From NCBI GenBank assembly GCA_964537265.1, contig CAZHZE010000002.1, positions 100,861 through 164,860 on the forward strand: a stretch of DNA of 64,000 bases, in the 5' to 3' direction. The position numbers and the translations under genes were made by a program. Shown here one piece after another: positions 7,573-18,427 of this stretch (the first letter of the stretch is position 1; each line of letters opens with the position of its first letter). The notes below the pieces were generated by a model. That model was not told the origin of the DNA. It saw only the letters and a program-made list of their open reading frames with translations, and did no database searches. This DNA is from an uncultured Gammaproteobacteria bacterium. GTDB taxonomy: Bacteria; Patescibacteriota; Patescibacteriia; Patescibacteriales; GWC2-42-12.

Positions 7573-10017
7573 ATGCAACTATCCCTAAATTGGTTAAAAG
7601 ATTTTGTAGATATTCCTAAAGAGGTATCGGCTTTAGAATTGGGGAAAAAATTAACTATGCATACGGTAGAAGTGGAGAAAGTTGAAGCGCAGGCCGAGAA
7701 ATATAAAAATGTAATTGTGGGAAAAATTTTAGAAGTTAAGCCGCATCCTAATGCGGATAGATTAAGATTGGCTTTAGTTGAAATCGGCAAAGAGAAATTA
7801 GAAATTGTTTGCGGCGCTTCCAATATAGAATCCGGCCAATTAGTCCCCGTGGCTTTAGCCGGCGCGATTTTACCTAATGGTATAGAAATACAACCGGCGG
7901 AAATCAGGGGAGTAAAATCTAACGGCATGCTTTGCGCCGCGGATGAATTAGGATTAGGCGAAGATCATACCGGCATTTTAATTTTAGATAAAGTTAAAGT
8001 CGGACAAAATTTTAGCGATTATTTAAATTTGAATGATGTTGTTTTTGAAGTTGATAATAAAAGCATTACGCATCGGGCTGACTTATGGTCGCACTACGGC
8101 ATGGCGCGGGACATTTCAGCATTTTTAAATTCTAAATTTAAAATTTATCAGCCTAAAGCCGGAATTTTAAAAGCAAAAAAAGTTTACCCCGTTAAATTCC
8201 TGAAAGGAAAGCAGGGCGTATTTAATGGGGTTAATTTTAAATTTGATGTTAAAGTGGAAAATTTTTCTTTATGTCCGCGCTATATGGCGGTTGGCGTTGA
8301 GGGCATAAAAATCGCGCCGTCGCCGAAATGGATGCAAGATCGATTATCCGCGGCCGGCATGCGCCCGATTAATAATATTGTTGATGTAACTAATTATGTC
8401 ATGCTTGAACTAGGTCAACCTTTACACGCTTTTGATAAAAATTTTGTTGATAAAATTGTAGTAAGAACCGCTAAAGTTGGCGAAATTATTGAAACACTCG
8501 ATGGCATAAAGAGAAAATTAGAATCTGATATGTTAGTTATTGCCGATAAAGTTAAACCCATAGCTGTGGCCGGAGTAATGGGCGGGCGAACAAGTGAAAT
8601 TAATGATAAAACCGAAGCCATAATAATTGAATCAGCTAATTTTGATTTTGGTTCAGTTAGAAAGACGGCGCAGAGACTCGGGCTTAGAACTGAATCTTCT
8701 ATGCGTTTTGAAAAAGGTTTAGATCCGAACTTATGCGAGTTGGGATTATCGCGAGCCGTAGAATTAATTTTACAAATTTGTCCAGAAGCGCGAGTAGCCG
8801 CAAATTTGTTTGATGAAAAAAAATATAAGTTAAACCAAGGGCCGATTGAATTTAATTTAAATTGGTTGGCTCGATTTATTGGCTGTGAATTTACTTCTAA
8901 ACAAGTAAAGCAAATTTTAGAAAAATTAGGTTTTACTTTAAAAATAAATGGCGACAATTTTAAAGTAACGGTGCCAAGTTGGCGCGCGGTGCATGACGTA
9001 AGCTTAAAAGAAGATTTGGCTGAAGAGATAGTAAGAATTTATGGCTATAATAATTTAAAATCCGAAATGCCTAAAGTAAATTTAATTCCACCTCTAATGA
9101 TAGAAGAAAAGTTATTGATTAGAAAAATCAAAAATATTTTATCAATAGGGGCTGGATTTTGCGAAACCTATAATTATTCTTTTCTTAGCAGGCAGCAGGC
9201 AGAAAAATTAAAATTTGATTCAGTAATTAAATTAGCTAATCCGCTTTCGGAAGATTTAGCGATTTTAAGGCCGAGTTTAATTCCGGCTATTTTAGAAAAT
9301 ATAAAAATCAATCAGGCCGGAGAAGATGAAATAGCTATGTATGAAATTGGAGAAATATTTTTAAATAAGCCGGGAGATATTAAAAAAGATGAAAGCGGGA
9401 AAGAAAAATTGCCTTCTCAGGAAAAACGTTTAGTTATCGCTTTGGCTGGCGGCGACGGAGAAGATTTATTTAGAAAATTAAAAGGCGTGATAGAATTTTT
9501 ATTAACCTCTTTAAATTTGCAGACAACTTTTGAATTTGAAGCGTCAAAATATAATAATTCAGCTTCGGCAAAAATTATCGCCAATAATTCTGATATTGGG
9601 ATAGTAGCTGAAATTAATAAGAGTTTAAAACAACTTTTTGGCGTAAAGAAAAATACTGCCATAGCGGAAATTAACTTGCCAGCCTTATTAAATTTAGTAA
9701 AAAACATGGCAGTTAAGCAATATAAAGAGCCGCCAAAACATCCTGCGGTTAGCCGTGATTTAGCATTTGTGGTAAATAAAAAAATATTGTATAATAATAT
9801 CAAGAAACAGATGATAGATTTTAGTGATTTGATAAGTAAAGTTGAGTTGTTTGATGTCTATCAAGGCGATAAATTGGGCCAAGATAAAAAGAGCCTGGCT
9901 TTTCATATTATATACCAGGCAAACAGAACTTTAATTTCTGAAGAAGTTGATGCGGTTCAAGAAAAATTAATAAAGCATTTAGAGAAAGAGTTTGAAGCTA
10001 AAATAAGAGACTTCTAG
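7573..10017 (+). CDS. pheT: Phenylalanine--tRNA ligase beta subunit
   Basis: The 814-aa protein has an N-terminal tRNA-binding (EMAP-like) domain, B3/B4 and B5 regions and a C-terminal anticodon-binding-like domain. Its size and position after pheS fit pheT. Confidence 0.95.
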   Translation: MQLSLNWLKDFVDIPKEVSALELGKKLTMHTVEVEKVEAQAEKYKNVIVGKILEVKPHPNADRLRLALVEIGKEKLEIVCGASNIESGQLVPVALAGAILPNGIEIQPAEIRGVKSNGMLCAADELGLGEDHTGILILDKVKVGQNFSDYLNLNDVVFEVDNKSITHRADLWSHYGMARDISAFLNSKFKIYQPKAGILKAKKVYPVKFLKGKQGVFNGVNFKFDVKVENFSLCPRYMAVGVEGIKIAPSPKWMQDRLSAAGMRPINNIVDVTNYVMLELGQPLHAFDKNFVDKIVVRTAKVGEIIETLDGIKRKLESDMLVIADKVKPIAVAGVMGGRTSEINDKTEAIIIESANFDFGSVRKTAQRLGLRTESSMRFEKGLDPNLCELGLSRAVELILQICPEARVAANLFDEKKYKLNQGPIEFNLNWLARFIGCEFTSKQVKQILEKLGFTLKINGDNFKVTVPSWRAVHDVSLKEDLAEEIVRIYGYNNLKSEMPKVNLIPPLMIEEKLLIRKIKNILSIGAGFCETYNYSFLSRQQAEKLKFDSVIKLANPLSEDLAILRPSLIPAILENIKINQAGEDEIAMYEIGEIFLNKPGDIKKDESGKEKLPSQEKRLVIALAGGDGEDLFRKLKGVIEFLLTSLNLQTTFEFEASKYNNSASAKIIANNSDIGIVAEINKSLKQLFGVKKNTAIAEINLPALLNLVKNMAVKQYKEPPKHPAVSRDLAFVVNKKILYNNIKKQMIDFSDLISKVELFDVYQGDKLGQDKKSLAFHIIYQANRTLISEEVDAVQEKLIKHLEKEFEAKIRDF

Positions 10018-10020
10018 GAT

Positions 10021-10066
10021 AATTTTCAATTTTCAATTTTCAATTTTCAAACAATTTTCAATTTTT
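10021..10066. repeat. Tandem 7-mer array AATTTTC (x4, 4-nt break, x2) immediately after the pheT stop
   Basis: Read directly. The same unit recurs at 50296-50330. Confidence 0.85.
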
Positions 10067-10101
10067 TAATGTTTTAAAATTAATACATTAAAATATTGTT
10101 T

Positions 10102-10129
10102 AGAAATTAGAAATTAGAAATTGAGAATT
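10102..10129. repeat. Tandem 7-mer array AGAAATT x3 plus GAGAATT, 14 nt upstream of the next gene start
   Basis: Read directly. Confidence 0.85.
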
Positions 10130-10142
10130 AATTATAGCTCCC

Positions 10143-10817
10143 ATGCCTGAAAGCTCACAATTTAATGAAAATGGCCAAGGTTTAGATAAAGAACCTTTAA
10201 CGCCATCACCTTTGGATAAAAACCAAAAAATCGCGGTTATAGGATTAGCGATTTTTGCTGTTCTCGTTGTTATATTATGGGTAGCGCAGTTAAAAAATAA
10301 TATTTACGGTCCGTTTAATAATTCAACCAGCCAAAATCAAATTGCCAGCGAACAAGAAAATAATGATCAAGTTTTAAAAAATAAAGATACGGACGGGGAC
10401 GGTTTAAACGATTACGATGAGTTAAATGTTTATGAAACCTCTCCTTATTTGGAAGACACTGATTCGGACGGATTTAAAGACGGCGAAGAAATAGCTAAGG
10501 GCTATGACCCTAATTGCCCGCAGGGTAAAACTTGCAATGGAGGTTTATTAGATAATCCTCCCGTAGAAGCCACGAGCACAGACACAAGTTTAAATAATAC
10601 ATCTAACAATTTACTTAATTTGTTGGGCGGTAGCAGTAATCAATCGGCGGATAGTTCGAATAATTTAACTAGTGAGCAATTAGATATTATTAAAAATATA
10701 GACGCCGCTACTTTGCGCCAAATGCTTTTAGAAAAAGGCATGGATAAAGCGACTTTAGATAAAATAAGCGACGCCGATCTTTTAAAAAGTTTTCAGGAAG
10801 TATTAAATAAAGAATAA
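10143..10817 (+). CDS. Membrane-anchored secreted protein with thrombospondin-type-3-like Ca-binding DxDxDG repeats
   Basis: An N-terminal TM helix (IAVIGLAIFAVLVVILWV) is followed by DTDGDGLNDYDE and DTDSDGFKDGEE motifs. Confidence 0.55.
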   Translation: MPESSQFNENGQGLDKEPLTPSPLDKNQKIAVIGLAIFAVLVVILWVAQLKNNIYGPFNNSTSQNQIASEQENNDQVLKNKDTDGDGLNDYDELNVYETSPYLEDTDSDGFKDGEEIAKGYDPNCPQGKTCNGGLLDNPPVEATSTDTSLNNTSNNLLNLLGGSSNQSADSSNNLTSEQLDIIKNIDAATLRQMLLEKGMDKATLDKISDADLLKSFQEVLNKE

Positions 10818-10818
10818 A

Positions 10819-10880
10819 ATCCTGTATTTTACAGGATAAAAAAAGCCTCGAGGATTTAGAGTCCGCGAGGCAAGTTAGAG
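10819..10880. terminator. Pair of hairpins between convergent genes (atcctgta-ttt-tacaggat and gcctcg-N15-cgaggc). On the minus strand the second is followed by a T7 run, giving a rho-independent terminator for the lipoprotein gene
   Basis: The inverted repeats were read directly. The T-tract is on the minus-strand side only. Confidence 0.45.
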
Positions 10881-10899
10881 GTTTAATGAACGATTGCCT

Positions 10900-11400
10900 T
10901 TACCGGAAGCCCATTGCCGGAATAGTGGCGGAAGAAATAGTCTCTGTTTTTTCAGGAGCGACGTTTTCCGCGATGGGGCCGAGGTCGAACTTGGCAAGTT
11001 CATTAAATTGATTTTTAATAAATTCTTTTTTCTCGGCTTCAGTCATCTTAAAGAAGTTATCCATCATTTTTATGTCTTCAGAGTTGTCTTTATCAAAATA
11101 TATAACTTTAACAGGTTGGCCATTGCTGCAAGCCACAAAAAGAATACAAGTTTTTTTGTTATAATATCCATCTCTAACGCTGATATCGTAATTTCCAACC
11201 ATCATTCTTTCTCGCTGTTTTCCGTAACTTGAATCCGTTTGTTTTTCTGAAGAAGAATTTTTATCAGATGATGTTAACGCAGTCGCCAATTTTGCTCCTT
11301 CAATTACGTAAGCGCCGACATAGAGAGTTTCAGCAAGGCATCCGCTACAGAATAACAAAATAAACGTTAAAATTGATAAACGATATATTTTCTTTTTCAT
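10900..11400 (-). CDS. Lipoprotein, hypothetical
   Basis: The signal peptide carries a lipobox (LLFCSGC). A strong AGGAGG SD lies 7 nt upstream, one of the few in the window. Confidence 0.65.
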   Translation of the reverse strand: MKKKIYRLSILTFILLFCSGCLAETLYVGAYVIEGAKLATALTSSDKNSSSEKQTDSSYGKQRERMMVGNYDISVRDGYYNKKTCILFVACSNGQPVKVIYFDKDNSEDIKMMDNFFKMTEAEKKEFIKNQFNELAKFDLGPIAENVAPEKTETISSATIPAMGFR

Positions 11401-11485
11401 TTCATAACCTCCTGTGGTTTATTAAATTTTTGATTTTTTATAAGTTTAATAAGAACAATTTCTTGAATATTATATTAACATATAT

Positions 11486-14400
11486 ATGAAAAATTGTCAA
11501 AAAATAAAAAAACAAAAAAACAAAAAAATATTTGATAAAAATTTATATAAATTTTTAATTTTAATTATTCTAATTATAGGTTATTTATTTTTTACTCAAA
11601 ATATTGTTTTTGCAGCCGGTGGTGTCGCCGACTTAAATAGTTTTTCTACACAGGGTAATGCGTCTGCTATTGCTGATGCTATTAAAACTAGTGCGCCGGG
11701 GACAGAGTCAGCAGTTGATAAAGGCACAAAAACAACATGGTGGGATGACCTTAAACAATTAAATTATGACAAACTTATAGATAGATTAGCAGAGTCTACG
11801 GCAATAGCTTATAAAGCAATGTTAAAAAACTTTTTAAATACTTTGGCTTATGATACTGCTACTTATTTAGCTACCGGAGATAAAGGACAACAACCTATGT
11901 TTATCACCGAGGGTTGGGGAGAATATTTAAAAAATACTGCCGATAATGCGGCCGGAACTTTTATAGAAACTTTGGGTAAAAAAGATGGTATAGCCGAATT
12001 TAATCTTTGTACTCCAGATCCAAAAGTTTTATTAAAAATAAATTTAGGCTTAAAAAAGGAAGTTCGTCCGAGCGCCCCGGAATGTAAATTTAGCAAGTTA
12101 GTAAGCAATTGGGATCAGGCTCTTAAAGATAAAGATTTTTTAACAAAATTTCAGGACATGTTTAACCCTTGGTCAAACGATTTGGGCATAGCTTTGACTT
12201 TGCAAACCGGCATGACTCAGTCAATTAATATAGACGTTGACAATGCTTTAAATGAAAGATTGCAAACCGAAGGTTATAAAAATTTAACAGATCCTATTAC
12301 GGGTAAAATAAAAACTCCTGCCGTATTAATCAAAGAGTATGGCACAGATACATTAAGAAAGTCCAGTGAAGATTATTTTACTTATACCGGCAATGCAGTT
12401 GCTGACGCTATTGATGTTTTTGTTAATACGCTTTTAGGTAAATTAGTAGATCAATGGATGAAAAAAGGCATAGTTACTGATTTTGCCAGCAAAGCTACCA
12501 GCGGTTTAACCGATTCTAATGCGCAAAACGAAGGCGGAGGTATTTCTGAGGCTGAGGATAGATTTAAAAAATTAGTTGAAGCCAGTTTTAAGGTTAGAGG
12601 AGATTATGATATTTTAAATGAATTAACTATGTGTCCTGACCCGAGTAAGGCCGGTCCGACTGATTGTGTAATTGACCAAAAGTTTAGAGAAGCTATAGAA
12701 AAAAAATTAACGGTTAAGCAGGCTATAGAACAAGGCTATTTAAATGGCAATGGTATATTTGGCTTTACTTCTGACGGGCTAGAACCTAATTATAAAGAAG
12801 GCTATCCCTATCGCTCAATGACTATTTTAAGAAAATTTAGAATTTTGCCGGTTGGCTGGGAAGTGGCGGCAGAAAAAATTAAAGATCAGCAACAGATAGT
12901 AAAAGGCACAAAAAATTTAAAATATTTAGTTGATTGTTTTGAGGGCGGAGAAGACTGGTGCCGAGGTTTAATTGATCCTAATTGGGTTTTAAAAGCGCCG
13001 CAGAATTATTGCGCCAAAGAAGGCGCTGGTCCGGAAGTTTTATCACAAGAAGTTTACGGCGAAGGATCGAATAGCTATTTGGTTGTTTCCAGAAATGAAT
13101 CTTATTGCGCCGACGAGCAATCATGCGTTAAAGAAAAAAGCGACGGCTCTTGCCAGGTTTATGGATATTGCACCGAGGAAAAAAGAACCTGGGATTTTAA
13201 CGCAAAATCTTGCGAACCGCGTGAGAATACTTGCCAGACTTTTAAATTAGGCGACCAAACCATATCTTATTTACAAAATACTTTAGATTATAGCGTTTGC
13301 AATGCTGGCAATGCCGGGTGTAAAAAATATGCTGTCAGCGGTTTGTATGATATTGATACCCAATCGGTCAATTGGAATGAAGCGAATAACCCTTTGTATT
13401 TTAATAAAAATGCGGAAACTTGCCAGGAAGAAGATGAAGGCTGCCATGCTTTTATAAGATTGGATCCCGGGCAAGATGAATCTTATATAGATATTAGAGA
13501 AGCCGGCATCAGCACGGCTTATAGCAGATTTTCCTCAACCGGCACAATTTATGAAAAATTATTACCTAATTATTTAGAAAGCGTTTGCTATGGAATAGAC
13601 GGCAAACTTAAGAGTACCGCTCCGGAAAAATGTTTGGATTTTGTCCGTAAATGCAGGGTCGAAGAAGCAGGTTGCGAATTATATACTAATTCACTAGACG
13701 GCTCGGAAATTCCGGCTAAAGTTTATCCTAACGATTATTGCCCATCAGAATGCGTCGGTTATGATACTTACATACAAAAAGAAACTGCTTTTGATCTAAG
13801 CCGAGAAGCTTATTTCATTCCCAGAACCGCTAGAAAATGTACAGCCGAAGCCGTTGGTTGCAGTCAGTTTACTAATTTAGATGAAGTTGCCAGAGGCGGA
13901 GAAGGAATTGAATATTACAGCGTTTTAAGACAATGTTTAAAGAAAACCGGCAATGAAGGAAGTTGCGCTGAATTTTATAGCTGGGAAGGATCGGATGAGT
14001 CCGGTTATCAGTTAAAAGTTGAAACATTAAAAGCCAATAATTCAGAGCCGGCGGTTACTTCCAGCGATTCAGCTTTATGCAATGAAACAATTTATAATTT
14101 ACTACCAAGCAATCCAGCCTATAATCCTGATTGCCGTCAATTTTATAATCGCGAAGGTTTTTTATCTTATCATTTATATAATTATACAATTTCCTGCTCA
14201 GACGATTGCCATCCTTACCGCAAAACAATTTCAGAAACTGAAGCAGCTGAGTCATGCAAAGGCGGAACATGGAATAATGCCGATAGATCATGCATTTATA
14301 TGGCTATACCAGGGCAGGGAGTTAGATGCACGGCTGCGCAAAACGGCTGTCGAGAATATACGGGCAATACCGGCAACAACGTAAGAAATATTTTTGTTGA

Positions 14401-17400
14401 TGATTTTACCGGCGGCACTACTGCTAATTGGGTTGGTGTTAATGGTTCTACTGTCGAGCCATCCAGCGAATCGATTAATTTAGATGCTAATAATAAAGGC
14501 AGTTCTTTATATGTAAAAGGCGGGCAGTTTAGCGCCAGCCGTACGGTCGGAACTTCTGTTAGCAGAGGCAAATCTTATGTTTTAAGCTTTGTGGCTAAAG
14601 CCGCCGCCAACACTGTTTTAAATTTAAGCTTTGTTAATTCAAATAATGAAAGAGCCAATTTTGCCCAAGTTTCTTTAACTATTGATTGGCAGATTTTTCA
14701 AACTAATTTAGCCGATCTTGATCATGAAGTTAGCTTGGATGAAATATTATTATTGGCAGCCGGAAATAATTTTTATATTGACAATATAACTTTAACAGAA
14801 GTAGTTGATCGCTATTATTTAATAAAAGATTCTTGGGTTACGCCGGCATCATGCGATGAAGACCAGGCAGGCGCCCCGCATGCTTTATATATGCTTGGTT
14901 GCGGCAGATATACTGATCGGGATAATAAAACGCATTATTTAAAAAGTTTTACCGAACTTTGTTCGGAATCGGCCGTGGGCTGCGAGATGATGATTGATAC
15001 AAAAAATTCTACCGATATAGATGATGATGATTTTGCTTATGTTGTTTATGATAAAGATAAATTATGCAACGCTCAGGATAAAGGTTGCCAGCTTTTAGGC
15101 AAAGCCTATGAATACGAAGATATAACTCTTTATATTGATGCTTATTTAAAAAACGATCCGGATAAATATAATACAATTTCTTGCGTAGCTGATGCGGTCG
15201 GCTGCGAAGCTTTTACATATGATGGCGGTGAAAAATATTTTAAAGATCCTGGCGATCAGGTTTGTGAATGGCGCAAGCAAAGTGATTCAGTAAATTATAG
15301 TTGGTATAAAAAGAAAGTTAAGCGTTGCGGAGGTGATGGCGGAGAAATTTGTTTTAAGGATGCCGATTGCGCAGCAGGAAAAACTTGTAAGATGGAAACT
15401 AAAGATAATGATTGTCAAACTAGCGGTATTAAAACCTTAGGCTTTGGCGGTATAGGTAATAAAGTAGAGCAGCCGACTTTTGATAATTATGGCTATAGTT
15501 GGGCTGGCATTTGTTCAGCCGCTAACTCTGGTTGTACAGAATACATTGATCCTGTTTCAAAATTTAATACTAATTTAATTTTTAATGGTGATTTTCAGGA
15601 TTTAGATGGAAACGGTACATATAATGATGGTTGGGGCGGCGGCTTAAGCCAAGATATAGTTTTAGAAGCAAATACTGTTTACCGTATATCAGGACCATTA
15701 ACTTTAAATTGCCAATCAGGCGGATTTTATACTATAAATTCCAATAATAATTTTACTGGTTTAGTGGCGCCAGCTTCAATTTCAACATCAGCAATTTTTT
15801 ATAATAACAATAATATAGCAGTTAATTGCAAAGCAAGCGTTCCAGCAGCTGACCCAAGCAAACCGGTTGCTTTAAGAAAAATAATAGTTGATTATCAGTT
15901 AAAACAAAATGTAAACTTTACTTCTTGCAACGGCATAGTTGATTTTGATGATGGTTGTGTTTTATTTAATCAACGCAGTTATGACGGCGCTTATTTGGCA
16001 AAATTAACTTTTAACGCTGATGCTACGACTAATGGCGGAACTCCGGAAAAATCCGGTACATTAAACGCGAATACTATAATTAAAGTTTCTCCGGATCGCG
16101 TCTGTGACAAATGGTTGTCTTGCAGAAGTTATATTAAAGATGAAAAAAATAATAATGTTTGTTTTGATGTGGGATTATGTGATGCGGTTGATGCCAATGG
16201 CAATTGTTCAAACTTTATTCAATCAGTAAAAAGCAATCAAGCCATCAGTTCTTCGGCGGATGCAAATAAAATTAGCAATTTATCCGGCTATGCAAAAGTT
16301 GGAATTGCTAACGGCAGTTTAAAGAGCGATTATTATCCTTTGGGAGCAATGGTGCAAGAAGGTGAATTAATTAATTTAGCTAATGGCAGTTTTGAATATT
16401 ATGGTTCTAATTTTTATCCAATAGGTTGGAACTGGAGCGGTTTAAATACCCAGTGGGATGCTAACTTCTTTTCAATTGTTAACAATCCTGTTTCGGCTCA
16501 AACTGAATCTATCGGTTATGCGCCTGACGGCAATTCTTTCTTAAAATTAGGTTCGTCTTATAGCGCAATCAGCGAAGAAACTGATGTTATGCCAAATACT
16601 AAATATATTATTACGGCCTATGTTAATACAAAAAATTTAAAATCAGGCACGGCGAAAATAGATATTTTGGATAATTCTGAATCCGTGATTAACAATAGCG
16701 GCTCTGAAACAATAAGCCAATCGCTGGGCATGGATTGGCAATTTCAAGTAGGAACATTTACCACCGACGCAAACGATTCAAGAATAAAAATAAAACTTTA
16801 TTCAGCTTCAGCAGGATCAGTTGCAAGCCAAGGCAATTTCTATTTTGATGATATAAAAATAAGACCGGCTTTAAATTCAAGAAAAATTAGTTATACGTCA
16901 AGCACTGAATGGTATACGACCCAATCTTGCCGTCTTTACCCAAAAAATGATTCTTTGTCTTGCGATTATTATGAAGATTCAGGAATAAGACAAAAAGGTT
17001 GGTATGGTTATTGTTTAGAATATGATAGAGCCCCGGGCAATCCTAACAATTGTATTTTATGGTATCCGGTTGATAAGGTTAAAGGCGATGGCATTGAAGA
17101 GGGAGCAGGATATACGGGTAGATTCCCATTATATTATACTATTGCCGGCGTGTCGGTTGCTAATAACGCGAAAGCGCATTTTAGCGTGAAGTGCTCTGGA
17201 GTAACTAAAAATTTGAACAGCGATTTTGGATTGCCATTTTCGTCTTTAATACCCTTAAATTATGCGGTTAACCAATATAATAAAAATACTATAGATAATA
17301 TAACTATTGATGCCTTGGTGTTAAATGTTGCTAATAATTGGCAGGCGTGTACGCAAAAATGCTTTAGCACTTGGACCCCAGAGCCATACGTTGATGTTGA

Positions 17401-18403
17401 CACTAAAATAAACGGTCCTTCCTGCAAGCATGGAATGTGGTATTGCGGTAAAGTCACCTTTGATGCAAAAGATGTGTTAACTAGCGTTTATGTTCATGGC
17501 GGGGATAATAGCAATGCTAACCGGTGCTCCGATCAAATAGAAAATGATATTATTATAAATACAAATTCAAAATTTAACTTGAGTTATGGTTCGCAATTAG
17601 TTCAAACAGTTTCATCTGTCGGGCAGAATAAGTATTGGAGTTCTCGGGTATATAAAGGAAGTGATTATGTTGTTCCAAATTTTGGTTATACTTATACTAC
17701 GGACTTAGAACCTTTTGGCAGCGCTAGCGTTCCAAATCCGAGCAATAATCCGTCTGAATGGCCTTTACTTCAATTTTATATGCCGGAAGATAGTGATGTC
17801 CGGGCTGGCAGTCCTCATACTTTAGACACGGTAAAGCGGCTTTTTGCTCAAAGTTATGGCGCTTGGGAGTGGTCATCGGCAACAAATAAATATGAGCGAT
17901 TACCTAGTATAGAATGGAGTACGCCGACGGCATCGTGCCCCGGTAATGTTCGCCCGGCTTACCCTAATGATTATTGCGCTATTCTACCCTATATTTCTCA
18001 TGTTAAAGTTAATTCAGTAGAATCTGGCGCGGTTACTTTAATTAAAAACGGTTTTGTCAATTTAACTTTTAATAGTAAAGCAGATTCTAATCAGCTTCCT
18101 TTAGTTGGTTACACTATTGATTGGGGCGACGGAGAAAAAACAGCCGTTACCGGCGTAGAAATGCGCGATCGTCCAAATCCTGATTCTCCTCATTCTATGT
18201 ATCATTTATATAGTTATTGGGATTTAAAATCTAAAGCTAATAGAGGCTTGTTATCTAACGGACAATGTTTTGATACTTATTGCAGAATTAAACCAAGAGT
18301 TCAAATTAGAGATAATTGGGGGTGGTATAATAACGGTTCGCAAGTTAATACGCCTGGCGCATGGGATAATTTTTCCGATTGGATTATTGTTAACGAAAAA
18401 TAA
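11486..18403 (+). CDS. Giant (2305 aa) secreted cysteine-rich surface protein, N-terminally anchored
   Basis: An N-terminal signal-anchor (FLILIILIIGYLFF) is followed by a very large extracytoplasmic body with frequent paired Cys (many C-x(n)-C and GC.EY-type motifs). It is Asn/Ser/Thr/Tyr-rich, with no recognised enzymatic motif. It is first in an apparent operon with the next two genes. Confidence 0.8.
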   Translation: MKNCQKIKKQKNKKIFDKNLYKFLILIILIIGYLFFTQNIVFAAGGVADLNSFSTQGNASAIADAIKTSAPGTESAVDKGTKTTWWDDLKQLNYDKLIDRLAESTAIAYKAMLKNFLNTLAYDTATYLATGDKGQQPMFITEGWGEYLKNTADNAAGTFIETLGKKDGIAEFNLCTPDPKVLLKINLGLKKEVRPSAPECKFSKLVSNWDQALKDKDFLTKFQDMFNPWSNDLGIALTLQTGMTQSINIDVDNALNERLQTEGYKNLTDPITGKIKTPAVLIKEYGTDTLRKSSEDYFTYTGNAVADAIDVFVNTLLGKLVDQWMKKGIVTDFASKATSGLTDSNAQNEGGGISEAEDRFKKLVEASFKVRGDYDILNELTMCPDPSKAGPTDCVIDQKFREAIEKKLTVKQAIEQGYLNGNGIFGFTSDGLEPNYKEGYPYRSMTILRKFRILPVGWEVAAEKIKDQQQIVKGTKNLKYLVDCFEGGEDWCRGLIDPNWVLKAPQNYCAKEGAGPEVLSQEVYGEGSNSYLVVSRNESYCADEQSCVKEKSDGSCQVYGYCTEEKRTWDFNAKSCEPRENTCQTFKLGDQTISYLQNTLDYSVCNAGNAGCKKYAVSGLYDIDTQSVNWNEANNPLYFNKNAETCQEEDEGCHAFIRLDPGQDESYIDIREAGISTAYSRFSSTGTIYEKLLPNYLESVCYGIDGKLKSTAPEKCLDFVRKCRVEEAGCELYTNSLDGSEIPAKVYPNDYCPSECVGYDTYIQKETAFDLSREAYFIPRTARKCTAEAVGCSQFTNLDEVARGGEGIEYYSVLRQCLKKTGNEGSCAEFYSWEGSDESGYQLKVETLKANNSEPAVTSSDSALCNETIYNLLPSNPAYNPDCRQFYNREGFLSYHLYNYTISCSDDCHPYRKTISETEAAESCKGGTWNNADRSCIYMAIPGQGVRCTAAQNGCREYTGNTGNNVRNIFVDDFTGGTTANWVGVNGSTVEPSSESINLDANNKGSSLYVKGGQFSASRTVGTSVSRGKSYVLSFVAKAAANTVLNLSFVNSNNERANFAQVSLTIDWQIFQTNLADLDHEVSLDEILLLAAGNNFYIDNITLTEVVDRYYLIKDSWVTPASCDEDQAGAPHALYMLGCGRYTDRDNKTHYLKSFTELCSESAVGCEMMIDTKNSTDIDDDDFAYVVYDKDKLCNAQDKGCQLLGKAYEYEDITLYIDAYLKNDPDKYNTISCVADAVGCEAFTYDGGEKYFKDPGDQVCEWRKQSDSVNYSWYKKKVKRCGGDGGEICFKDADCAAGKTCKMETKDNDCQTSGIKTLGFGGIGNKVEQPTFDNYGYSWAGICSAANSGCTEYIDPVSKFNTNLIFNGDFQDLDGNGTYNDGWGGGLSQDIVLEANTVYRISGPLTLNCQSGGFYTINSNNNFTGLVAPASISTSAIFYNNNNIAVNCKASVPAADPSKPVALRKIIVDYQLKQNVNFTSCNGIVDFDDGCVLFNQRSYDGAYLAKLTFNADATTNGGTPEKSGTLNANTIIKVSPDRVCDKWLSCRSYIKDEKNNNVCFDVGLCDAVDANGNCSNFIQSVKSNQAISSSADANKISNLSGYAKVGIANGSLKSDYYPLGAMVQEGELINLANGSFEYYGSNFYPIGWNWSGLNTQWDANFFSIVNNPVSAQTESIGYAPDGNSFLKLGSSYSAISEETDVMPNTKYIITAYVNTKNLKSGTAKIDILDNSESVINNSGSETISQSLGMDWQFQVGTFTTDANDSRIKIKLYSASAGSVASQGNFYFDDIKIRPALNSRKISYTSSTEWYTTQSCRLYPKNDSLSCDYYEDSGIRQKGWYGYCLEYDRAPGNPNNCILWYPVDKVKGDGIEEGAGYTGRFPLYYTIAGVSVANNAKAHFSVKCSGVTKNLNSDFGLPFSSLIPLNYAVNQYNKNTIDNITIDALVLNVANNWQACTQKCFSTWTPEPYVDVDTKINGPSCKHGMWYCGKVTFDAKDVLTSVYVHGGDNSNANRCSDQIENDIIINTNSKFNLSYGSQLVQTVSSVGQNKYWSSRVYKGSDYVVPNFGYTYTTDLEPFGSASVPNPSNNPSEWPLLQFYMPEDSDVRAGSPHTLDTVKRLFAQSYGAWEWSSATNKYERLPSIEWSTPTASCPGNVRPAYPNDYCAILPYISHVKVNSVESGAVTLIKNGFVNLTFNSKADSNQLPLVGYTIDWGDGEKTAVTGVEMRDRPNPDSPHSMYHLYSYWDLKSKANRGLLSNGQCFDTYCRIKPRVQIRDNWGWYNNGSQVNTPGAWDNFSDWIIVNEK

Positions 18404-18427
18404 AAAAATTGTTATTTAATAAATGTT

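Noticed and set aside
7563-9803. Minus-strand ORFs overlapping pheT (7563..7928, 8415..8957, 9417..9803), and similar antisense ORFs inside other long genes (for example 3948..4151, 11863..12108, 20349..20753, 24382..25044, 47444..48106, 58744..59178, 62012..62344)
   Set aside because: Each is fully embedded antisense, or in an alternate frame, within a gene that has strong motif support. There are no independent signals.
10021-10129. CRISPR array suggested by regularly spaced short repeats
   Set aside because: The units are 7-8 bp and directly tandem with no spacers. This is far below CRISPR repeat size and architecture.
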